Shown: positions 49,327 to 57,518 of the stretch, piece after piece
Position numbering within the stretch: the stretch's first letter is position 1
Layout: each line of letters opens with the position of its first letter
Position numbers and translations under genes: made by a program
From: Gemmatimonadota bacterium
GTDB lineage: Bacteria; Gemmatimonadota; Gemmatimonadetes; Gemmatimonadales; GWC2-71-9
DNA length: 64,000 nucleotides
Direction: 5' to 3'
Assembly: GCA_039586365.1 (NCBI GenBank)
Contig: JBDHKN010000029.1
Span: 1-64,000, forward strand
The notes under the pieces: generated by a model
The model's database searches: none
The model's input: the letters and a program-made list of their open reading frames with translations, nothing else
What the model was told of the DNA's origin: nothing

Positions 49327-50637
49327 TCACTCCTGATCCAGCTGGAGAACGGTCTGGAGCAGCACGTTGGCGCCGTTCACAACGTCCTCCGGCTTGGTAT
49401 GCTCCAGCGGTGAGTGGCTGATTCCGTTCACGGACGGCACGAAGATCATGCCCATAGGTCCGATCTGAGCCAATACCTGGGCGTCATGCCCGGCACCACT
49501 CGGCATCGAGCGAGTCGACAGATCGAGGCTCGCCGCCGCCCGGGCGATTTCCCGTCGGATCCTGGGATCGCTGAGGGCCGGGTGCCCTTCAGCCACCAGT
49601 TCGTGACTCAACTTGGTGTCGTGTCGTCCCGCGATCTGCTCGGCCTCGGCAGCGATCCGGTCCCATAGGAGGTCGGGCTTCTCGTTCGACAAGTCGCGCA
49701 ACTCCACGGTGAGTGTCACTCGGCCGGGTACCACGTTTGGTGCGTTGGGCTCGACATTGATCCGGCCCACCGTCCCTACGTGCCGCCCCGGTTCGGACCG
49801 CACGAGGCGATTCACCGCCAGCACGATCTCAGAGGCCGTGAGCATGGCATCCTGCCGTTGATCCATTGGTGTCGTGCCGGCGTGGTTGGGGAATCCCTCG
49901 ATTGCGACGTCGTAATGCCAGATACCCACGATCCCCTCGACTATGCCGATCGGAGTACCGGCCTGGTCCAGCACGCCACCCTGCTCTACATGAAGCTCGA
50001 GGTACGCAGCGATGTCTCCCGGTTCATGCGCGGTCTCCTCCAGGCGGCCGGGGTCTCCTCCGATTCGCTCGATGCCCGCGGCCACTGTCATGCCGTTCGA
50101 TCGTTGCCTCGCGAGGTCTCGAGGTGTCAGGGCTCCCGCGAAGCCAAGACTCCCGGTTAGTCCGCTCTCCTCGTCACACCAGATCACAGCCTCCAGCGGA
50201 TGGCGGTTTCGATATCCATTCTGCTCCAGAGTCTGCACGGCCTCGATCGCAGCCAACGAGCCCAGACAACCGTCATACTTGCCGCCGTTGGGAACGGTAT
50301 CGATATGGGAGCCAAACATTATCGGGGGAGCATCCGGGATGTGGCCAGCACGCCGACCAATGATGTTCCCCACCGTGTCTATCCGCACGTCCAACCCTGC
50401 GTCCCGCATTAGTCCCGTGCAGAACCGCCGGGCCTCCACGTCGGCCTCAGAAAACGCCAGCCGCCTCACGCCGCCTTCCGGGGTGCGCCCGAACTGAGCG
50501 AGGTCTTGGAGCCGTTGCTGCAGCCTATCCCCGTTCACACGCCAGCGCTGCCACGTAGGTGCACCCTGGATGCGGAGCGCCAGCGTCCCGATTGTTGCGG
50601 TTGTGGCGGAGAGAAAGGTACGTCTGTTCATGGTCAT
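49327..50637 (-). CDS. M20 Zn-dependent amidohydrolase (N-carbamoyl-L-amino acid/allantoate type) with Tat signal
   Basis: GSHIDTVPNGGKYDG, DEES, ELHVEQG, HAGTTPM, SGAGHDA, GISHSP; N-terminal NRRTFL. Confidence 0.92.
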   Translation of the reverse strand: MTMNRRTFLSATTATIGTLALRIQGAPTWQRWRVNGDRLQQRLQDLAQFGRTPEGGVRRLAFSEADVEARRFCTGLMRDAGLDVRIDTVGNIIGRRAGHIPDAPPIMFGSHIDTVPNGGKYDGCLGSLAAIEAVQTLEQNGYRNRHPLEAVIWCDEESGLTGSLGFAGALTPRDLARQRSNGMTVAAGIERIGGDPGRLEETAHEPGDIAAYLELHVEQGGVLDQAGTPIGIVEGIVGIWHYDVAIEGFPNHAGTTPMDQRQDAMLTASEIVLAVNRLVRSEPGRHVGTVGRINVEPNAPNVVPGRVTLTVELRDLSNEKPDLLWDRIAAEAEQIAGRHDTKLSHELVAEGHPALSDPRIRREIARAAASLDLSTRSMPSGAGHDAQVLAQIGPMGMIFVPSVNGISHSPLEHTKPEDVVNGANVLLQTVLQLDQE

Positions 50638-50961
50638 GCTGACCTCGATCTGACTGGGTGTTGCACCCGCTCGCGTTGTGCTCGGTTCGGACGCTCGTCA
50701 AGCTGTCCAGCGCCCGGTCTCTCGAAGGCTCCGTCCATGCTTGAGGTCTAAGCTATGGACGGCCATGAGGTGCTGCCAGGGCTCCTCAGGCGCAGACAAC
50801 TGTATGTCGACTCTTTGAACGTGGCTGGGTGCAACAGTCGGGGCCGAGTTCGGTTGACGTGTTATTGACGCGACCTGTTGATCTTCGTTCAGCCACGAGT
50901 AGTATGGAAGCGACGCGGGCGGCCCTGCCGTGCTGCGGCGCATTGGAGGGGATCTTTGGGC

Positions 50962-51738
50962 ATGTTCCAGCTGGCGAAGTGGTACCTCGACTGCGTTACC
51001 GATGCGGGAGATGCTGCGGTTCTCTATTGGGCATGTCTTCGCTGGGGGATGGTCCGTCTCCACTATGGGGCCGCGCTAATCCGGCCCCGAGACGGTGATC
51101 CGGTTGATCGCTACACGCTGCGACCGGGTTCGCAGCCGGAAGTGGGAGAAGCTGGCGAGCTTCAATGGGAATGCGAGCGACTGGATGTGGCTGGAATCTG
51201 GCTGCGGCAAGCGAGCGGAGTTGAGCGGACCTTGATAGACGGGTCGCAGGGGTCCGTCCAGTGGCACTGTGTGACTCCTCGGGCTGACGCAACCGTCCGC
51301 AGTGGTGGCCGCACGCTGCGCGGGACTGGGTACGTCGAACACCTAACGATGACGCTGAAACCCTGGCGCCTTCCTTTCAACGAGCTGCGGTGGGGTCGGT
51401 TCATCTCCCCGTCGCACGTGTTGGTGTGGATAGATTGGCGTGGCTCCGTACCCGGTACCTGGGTGTTTGCCAACGACGTTGAGCGACGGCGCGCCACGAT
51501 AGCTCAGAACTCGGTGGAGCTGCCTGACGACGGACTGGCGCTCGCGTTCGATGACGGGCGGGTGCTGCGTTCGGGCCCGCTGGCAGACACAGCGCTCCAC
51601 TCGCTACGTGCCGTGGTCGCGCTGCTGCCGCGCTGGCGGGATGCGCGCGAGACCAAGTGGCTCAGTCGGGGAACACTCACCGATCCGAACGTCACCAGTG
51701 CTGGATGGGTCGTCCACGAGGTCGTACGATGGCGGTGA
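50962..51738 (+). CDS. Hypothetical beta-rich protein (AttH/tocopherol-cyclase-like fold suspected)
   Basis: KWYLDCV, G.GYVEHL, LRWGRF, WIDW; overlaps the next gene. Confidence 0.65.
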   Translation: MFQLAKWYLDCVTDAGDAAVLYWACLRWGMVRLHYGAALIRPRDGDPVDRYTLRPGSQPEVGEAGELQWECERLDVAGIWLRQASGVERTLIDGSQGSVQWHCVTPRADATVRSGGRTLRGTGYVEHLTMTLKPWRLPFNELRWGRFISPSHVLVWIDWRGSVPGTWVFANDVERRRATIAQNSVELPDDGLALAFDDGRVLRSGPLADTALHSLRAVVALLPRWRDARETKWLSRGTLTDPNVTSAGWVVHEVVRWR

Positions 51739-53678
51739 GCGCAACGGACGGTACGTGGGGAAAGTTGGCCTACGGGATTGTCTTCGTAATCGTGATCCCG
51801 GTGCTACTCGTTTTGTGGGTAGTGGCCAGCACCGCCGTCGTCCCGCTGCCCACGGTTCCCTATCCTTGGGCCGGCTACGTCTTGATTGGTGTCGGGCTGC
51901 TGCTCGTGGTTGTGGGAATGGGATCGTTGTGGGTGTACGGTCGCGGATTGCCAATGAGCCCTTACCCGCCGCCGGTGTATGTGGCTCGGGGCATCTACCG
52001 TCTCACCGCACATCCGATCTACTTGGGATTCGTACTGCTCTGCTTCGGTGTCTCCATGGCAACCGAGTCGCCCAGTGGACTGTGGCTCGTGTCCCCAGCC
52101 GTGGCACTGGCCTGCGTTGCGCTGGTCCTGGGCTTTGAACGTCACGAGATTCGCCGCCGTTTCGGAGCGGGCGTCGTTCAAAAGCCCCTGGTTACTCTGC
52201 CGGCACGATCGACAGAAGCACCGAGTAGATGGGATCGCTGGTCCGTATTCTTGCTCGTGCTGGTACCCTGGTCGGTCGCATTCGAAGCGGTATATCGGCT
52301 GGGGATACCGCAGGACGCGATTGAAGCGTACCTGCCGTTTGAGCGTGGCTGGCCGGTGATCGAAGTGACCGAATTGGTCTACGGCAGTGTGTACGTGCTG
52401 GTACCTACTGCACTGTTCGTCGTTCGCACCAAGGCAGCGCTGCGGCACCTGGCAGTGACGGGCTTGATTGCCACCGGTGTCGTCACGCTGGTCTACCTCA
52501 CAGTGCCGATCGTTGCTCCCCCGCGGCCTTTCGAGCCGCAGACGCTGCTTGGTCGCGTGTTGTTGTTCGAGCGTGCTATGTCCCACACCGTAGCCGCGTT
52601 TCCTGCGTTTCACGTGATCTGGAGCTTCATCGCAGCAGAGGCGTGGGGCAGCCGATCCAGACGCAGCGGGGTGGTTGCGTGGACCTGGGCAACTCTGATT
52701 GCGGTGAGTTGTCTCACTACCGGCATGCACGCTTTGGTAGATGTAGTCGCTGCCACGTTGGCCTTCGTGGTGTTGCGCCGCTATGGCACCATTTGGCAGC
52801 TGTTGCGCGGTTGTGCCGAGCGGGCTGCAAACTCATGGCACGAATGGCGTGTGGGTGGCTTGCGGCTAATCAATCACGGGGCGTATGCGGCGCTCGGTGG
52901 GTTTGTCGGGTTGTTTATCGCCGCGGCCGTTGCTGGGCCGGCTGCATTCTGGCAGCTGGTCTTCGCCCACTTTGCCGGTTTGATCGGAGCTGGGTTATGG
53001 GCACAGACATTGGAGGGATCGTCTAAGCTCTCGCGACCATTCGGCTACTACGGAAGTGTGTTGGGTGGGACGGTCGCTGCGATCGGGGTGGGAGCGGTGG
53101 GCGGCAACACAATGCTGCTGCTCGCCGCAATCGCTCTAGCAGCGCCGTGGATGCAGGCGGTCGGCAGGGCGAGATGCCTCGTACAGGGATGTTGCCACGG
53201 GAGTGAGGCGGAGGAGGACGTTGGTATCCGCTACCTGCACCCGCGGTCCAGAGTCTGTGAGCTTGCCGGCCTTCAGGACGTGCCGCTCCATCCAACGCCG
53301 CTGTACTCGATGCTGGCCAACGTAGTGACCGGTGTATTCCTGTTGCGTCTTTGGTCGCTCGGTGCCGATTTCAGCGTCGTTGCGGGTGCCTACCTGATGC
53401 TTGCCGGCGTCGCCCGCTTCGTGGAGGAATCGTACCGCGGTGAGCCGCAGACACCCGTGCTTGGGGGATTGAGGATCTACCAGTGGTTTGCGATTCTCTC
53501 CTTCGTGCTGGGTGCGACGGTAACGACAATACCGTCGGGTGCGGCGCCTGGGCTGGCGCTCTGGCTTGATATCAAGGTCATTTACGGTGCGACGCTATTT
53601 GGGATGGCTGCAGGAATTGCCATGGGTGTCGACTTCCCGCGATCTGCGCGGCGCTTCGCGAGGTTGGCGCAGCCGTAA
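51729..53678 (+). CDS. PEMT/ICMT-like methyltransferase + PAP2-like + Lgt-like triple-domain membrane protein
   Basis: GIYRLTAHPIYLG; AFPAFHV and TTGMHALVDV; GRARCLVQGCCHG, LHPTPLY, RFVEESYRGE. Confidence 0.85.
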   Translation: MAVSATDGTWGKLAYGIVFVIVIPVLLVLWVVASTAVVPLPTVPYPWAGYVLIGVGLLLVVVGMGSLWVYGRGLPMSPYPPPVYVARGIYRLTAHPIYLGFVLLCFGVSMATESPSGLWLVSPAVALACVALVLGFERHEIRRRFGAGVVQKPLVTLPARSTEAPSRWDRWSVFLLVLVPWSVAFEAVYRLGIPQDAIEAYLPFERGWPVIEVTELVYGSVYVLVPTALFVVRTKAALRHLAVTGLIATGVVTLVYLTVPIVAPPRPFEPQTLLGRVLLFERAMSHTVAAFPAFHVIWSFIAAEAWGSRSRRSGVVAWTWATLIAVSCLTTGMHALVDVVAATLAFVVLRRYGTIWQLLRGCAERAANSWHEWRVGGLRLINHGAYAALGGFVGLFIAAAVAGPAAFWQLVFAHFAGLIGAGLWAQTLEGSSKLSRPFGYYGSVLGGTVAAIGVGAVGGNTMLLLAAIALAAPWMQAVGRARCLVQGCCHGSEAEEDVGIRYLHPRSRVCELAGLQDVPLHPTPLYSMLANVVTGVFLLRLWSLGADFSVVAGAYLMLAGVARFVEESYRGEPQTPVLGGLRIYQWFAILSFVLGATVTTIPSGAAPGLALWLDIKVIYGATLFGMAAGIAMGVDFPRSARRFARLAQP

Positions 53679-53858
53679 CAAGACGTCGCGAGTAGCATGT
53701 TCGGATCCCGGGGCGAGCTTGCAGTGGATCTGACCCGGTCCAAACGCCCGCCGGCCACTGCGGAACGCTCACTGCTGCCTGCAGGTGGCTGACAGCCACC
53801 TGGCTCAAGTGTGCCGCGTGACCAATATTGTCTGTGCACTCTGGCTCTGGGGTACCCA

Positions 53859-54074
53859 ATGAACGACGCACAAGCCATAGCCCTCATGGCGATCGAGCTC
53901 ATCTCGGATGAGTCGACCGAAGGCGAGGTCAAAGAGGCGCTGAAAAAGGCGGCCAACATATTGGAATTGGCGGCTGAAGAAGTCTGGGAACGGCAAGAGA
54001 CAAGCCGCGAAGACCCCCACGTCGTGTCACCCAGCGGTCGGAAGAGGCCTTCCTATTGGAACACCCCTGGCTAG
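53859..54074 (+). CDS. Small acidic hypothetical protein
   Basis: ORF with helical composition only; no recognised motif. Confidence 0.35.
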   Translation: MNDAQAIALMAIELISDESTEGEVKEALKKAANILELAAEEVWERQETSREDPHVVSPSGRKRPSYWNTPG

Positions 54075-54160
54075 AGACCACTATGGGCATGTCGCGCAAG
54101 AGTGTGCATTCGATCGGACGACATCATAGATTACATATGCGAATGCGCCAGGGGGTTCAT

Positions 54161-54409
54161 ATGCGTAGGCTGCGGTTGCCGCTCGTGGCACTTGCCTGCA
54201 TCGTCCTCAGCGGGTGCGCCTTACAAGGGGTCGGATGGGGTCCGCCTCCCTATGCCGCGTATGAAGAGGGAGCAATCGGGCACACGATGGTCTGCAATGG
54301 TATGGGCAGCCACAGTCGGTGGGCGCTCGGCTGGTGCACCAACGGCTTGCCGACCACGTGGCGACGGACAGACGTACCAGCCAAGCTGAGAGTGTGGGTT
54401 CGGCGGTAA
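54161..54409 (+). CDS. Small putative lipoprotein
   Basis: MRRLRLPLVALACIVLSGC lipobox-like signal. Confidence 0.4.
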   Translation: MRRLRLPLVALACIVLSGCALQGVGWGPPPYAAYEEGAIGHTMVCNGMGSHSRWALGWCTNGLPTTWRRTDVPAKLRVWVRR

Positions 54410-54506
54410 GTAGTAACAAGTGAGCAGGGTGCCGTGAGCGTGGAGCGGCGAGCTGGCAGCTGACGGCTTGCAGCTGCCGACTCGCTGCCAAGCACGCAAC
54501 GCGCTC

Positions 54507-54977
54507 TTACTGTCCGGGTAGCGGCAGGTCAGAATTGAAGATGTCAACTGCGATCTTCCAGGAGCCGTCAGCTTGGCGGCGTCGCACCTCGACATACTTT
54601 CCTTGGTCGGTCATGGCATCGGCACCTTCCGGCTGTACAGTCATGGAGTAGATGCCGCGCACCACGGCCATGTCACCGTAGCCCTCGATCCACTCGAGGT
54701 TCGCACTGAACTGCACTATCGGCGGGAATGTTTCCCCCCAAGCCAAGTAAGCGGCCCGCCCTTGGATCGTGGGTTCGTTGGCCGGCATAACCACACAATC
54801 CTCTGTGTAGAGGTCAGCCAGGGCCGCCCAATCGTTCTGTTGGGCGTGTTGCACAAATTGCTGGGTCAGGGCTCGGTTGGCAGCGACGTCTTCCTCAGAC
54901 AGTGGACCGACGCCTCCCTGGCAGGCAACCGCCGTGACGAGTGCAAAGAGAATAGGGAACACAAGGTGTGACCGCAT
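54507..54977 (-). CDS. SnoaL/NTF2-like (DUF4440) lipoprotein
   Basis: LADLYTEDCVVMP, GDMAVVRG, GKYVEVRRRQADGSWKIAVDIFNSD; AVAC lipobox. Confidence 0.88.
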   Translation of the reverse strand: MRSHLVFPILFALVTAVACQGGVGPLSEEDVAANRALTQQFVQHAQQNDWAALADLYTEDCVVMPANEPTIQGRAAYLAWGETFPPIVQFSANLEWIEGYGDMAVVRGIYSMTVQPEGADAMTDQGKYVEVRRRQADGSWKIAVDIFNSDLPLPGQ

Positions 54978-55213
54978 TGCAGATTCCTCCCTGGTTTGTG
55001 AGGTGCCGAGTTCGGTGGCCGAGAAAATACCGCCGGGAGGGAGGGCGTCAATGGCACGCCGCTTTCGTCACGGTATCACGTAGAGCAGCGTTGCAAAGAA
55101 GTGAGAGACTGAGCCGGCTAGAACGGAGACCAGGGAGGAGCGTGGCGTCACGGCCGGAAAGCTAACCCCCAACCTTGACGGCCGCGGTACGGACCTGCAT
55201 TTTGAGGCCGTAC

Positions 55214-55247
55214 GATCATATAGGATCAAAAACGATATTATATGATC
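55214..55247. promoter_or_regulatory. AT-rich inverted repeat (operator-like)
   Basis: GATCATATA-N16-TATATGATC, 35 bp upstream of the 86-aa ORF. Confidence 0.55.
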
Positions 55248-55281
55248 TTGAATCCGTCGATCGGTTAGACGGAGGTGCCCC

Positions 55282-55542
55282 GTGGTCGAAGATGCAGACA
55301 TCCGCTACATCCCACCGGCCGATGTAGAGGAGGCGTCGCAAAGCTGGAAGGTGCAACCAGTGGTGGATGCGTACACCCACTGGGTGCTGGGGCGTCTCGT
55401 GGGCATCATGGGCCGTAGCGTACCCGACGTGGCCTATTTCATACTGCGTGATTGGATACAATCCCACCAAGAAGAACTCGAACACCTTGGCATCGGTGTG
55501 CAGGTCAGGCAGGGACGCTTGATCGTACAGCGGCACGACTAG
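55282..55542 (+). CDS. Small hypothetical protein, possibly ribbon-helix-helix DNA-binding
   Basis: RBS GGAGGT with GTG start; KVQPVVD strand then helix-G.S..DV-helix pattern. Confidence 0.6.
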   Translation: MVEDADIRYIPPADVEEASQSWKVQPVVDAYTHWVLGRLVGIMGRSVPDVAYFILRDWIQSHQEELEHLGIGVQVRQGRLIVQRHD

Positions 55543-55697
55543 TCGCAGCCACAGGCCGAGAGCGGGGAGCCGAGAGCTGAGAGCCGAGAGTAGAGAGCTG
55601 CGCGCTGGTCGCTGACATAACAACGACCTCCCCGCCCCTGGTCCCCGGGTTCATATTCCCCACTTATATGCGACGTCGATACCCCAAAGGAGGGGAC

Positions 55698-57413
55698 ATG
55701 CATCTGCGAGTCTATGTGGTTTGTCTGCTGGCCCTGACAGCGGGCTGCGCCCGAGCACCCGGTGTGGGACCGGCTCCGCTCACAGGCTCGTTCGACGTAA
55801 TCATCGAGAACGGGAGAGTCGTCGACGGAACCGGCGCTGCGTGGTTCTACGGTGATATCGGAATCCGAGGTGACCGCGTCGCGGCTATCGTTCCGCGCGG
55901 CGTGTTACGCCAGGCCCGTGCCAGCGAGCGGATCGACGCAACCGGCTTGGTGGTCGCCCCTGGTTTCATCGATATCCAGAGCCACTCGCGCGGTGCGTTC
56001 CTGTCCGGCGACGGGCGCGTGGTCAGCAAGATCACTCAAGGCATCACCACCGAGATCATGGGGGAAGGGAACACCAATGCCCCGGCAAACCGCTGGACCC
56101 TGAGCCCAACGGGTGAACCAGAGCCCGAGGAACTCGAGCGCAGCGCGCGCTTCATGGGACCGCGGGGATTCAGCAATTGGCTGGAAGCCATGGAGCGAAG
56201 GGGTGTGACGCCGAACATCGGATCGTTCGTGGGCGCTGCCACGATCCGTATGTATGCCAAGGGCATGTCCCAGGGTTCGGCGAGCCCTGCCGAGTTGGAT
56301 GCCATGCGCACTGCTGTGAGATGGGCGATGGAGGGTGGTGCTTTCGGCGTCGCGTCGGCGCTCATCTATCCGCCCGGGAGCTTCGCATCCAAGGAGGAGC
56401 TGATCGAGATCAACAAGGCGGCGGCTCCCTATGGCGGCGTCTACATCACACACATTCGCTCGGAAGCCGATCGATTTCTCGAGGGGATTCGTGAGGCGAT
56501 CGAGATCGGCCAGGGAGCCAACGTGCCAGTGGAGATCTATCACCTGAAAGCCGGGGGCAAGCGCAATTGGCACAAGGCAGCACTCGCGATCGCGCTGATC
56601 GATTCCGCGCGGTCGGCCGGCAGCGACGTCCAGGCGGACATGTATCCCTATGTCGCCGGTGGCACCGGTCTCACTGCATGCCTACCTCCCTGGGCGGAGG
56701 CGGACGGGAAGCTGCTCGACAACCTCAAGGATCCGGAGATACGGGCCCGCATTCGCGAGGAGGTCGTCAATCAGACCACCGACTGGGAGAACCTGTGCGG
56801 TTTGGCCACACCGGAGAACGTGCTGATCCTGGGTCTGGAGCAGCCGGAGAACCAACAATACGTCGGCAAACGTCTAGCCGAGATCGCCCAGCACCACGGC
56901 AAGGATTGGATCGAGACAGCAATGGACTTGCTGGTTTCCGAAGAGCAGCGCATCGGCACGATCTATTTCCTGATGGACGAAGCGAACGTGAAGCTGCAGT
57001 TGCAGCAGCAGTGGATGAAGTTCGGCACCGATGCGGGGGGCGTGGATCCCGACAGCGCCGAAGGCCTGACACATCCGCGGGCATACGGTACCTACCCACG
57101 CATACTTGGGAAGTATGTACGGGACGAGCAGGTCATGTCGTTGGAAGAGGCTGTGCGGAAAATGTCAGCGGCGGTGGCTACACGGTTGTCCCTGCACGAT
57201 CGCGGCGTGCTGCGTGAGGGATTGTGCGCCGACATAGTGGTGTTTGACCCGGCAACAATCATCGATCGTGCGACATTCGAGGAGCCGCATCAGTTGTCGG
57301 TCGGGATGAATTACGTGCTCGTCAATGGAGTCACCGTCGTTCGGGACGGGAACCATACCGGTGCCAAGCCCGGCAGGGTTGTGTGGGGGCCGGGGTATCG
57401 GGGGAGACAGTAA
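55698..57413 (+). CDS. N-acyl-D-amino-acid deacylase family amidohydrolase (lipoprotein)
   Basis: VVDGTG, APGFIDIQSHS, YITHIRSE, HPRAYGTYPR, ADIVVFDP; LTAGC lipobox. Confidence 0.92.
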   Translation: MHLRVYVVCLLALTAGCARAPGVGPAPLTGSFDVIIENGRVVDGTGAAWFYGDIGIRGDRVAAIVPRGVLRQARASERIDATGLVVAPGFIDIQSHSRGAFLSGDGRVVSKITQGITTEIMGEGNTNAPANRWTLSPTGEPEPEELERSARFMGPRGFSNWLEAMERRGVTPNIGSFVGAATIRMYAKGMSQGSASPAELDAMRTAVRWAMEGGAFGVASALIYPPGSFASKEELIEINKAAAPYGGVYITHIRSEADRFLEGIREAIEIGQGANVPVEIYHLKAGGKRNWHKAALAIALIDSARSAGSDVQADMYPYVAGGTGLTACLPPWAEADGKLLDNLKDPEIRARIREEVVNQTTDWENLCGLATPENVLILGLEQPENQQYVGKRLAEIAQHHGKDWIETAMDLLVSEEQRIGTIYFLMDEANVKLQLQQQWMKFGTDAGGVDPDSAEGLTHPRAYGTYPRILGKYVRDEQVMSLEEAVRKMSAAVATRLSLHDRGVLREGLCADIVVFDPATIIDRATFEEPHQLSVGMNYVLVNGVTVVRDGNHTGAKPGRVVWGPGYRGRQ

Positions 57414-57416
57414 AAG

Positions 57417-57483
57417 GACGGTAGGAGGCGGTCAAAGGCGGTAGGTGGCGGTAAGAGGCGTAGCAGGCGGACGCTGGCGGTGA
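57417..57483. repeat. Degenerate 9/10-mer tandem repeat (GGCGGTAnnn) between convergent genes
   Basis: acggtaggag gcggtcaaag gcggtaggtg gcggtaagag gcgtagcagg... Confidence 0.7.
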
Positions 57484-57518
57484 GAACGTTGCCTACAGCG
57501 TCGCTCCAGTTGCACTCC

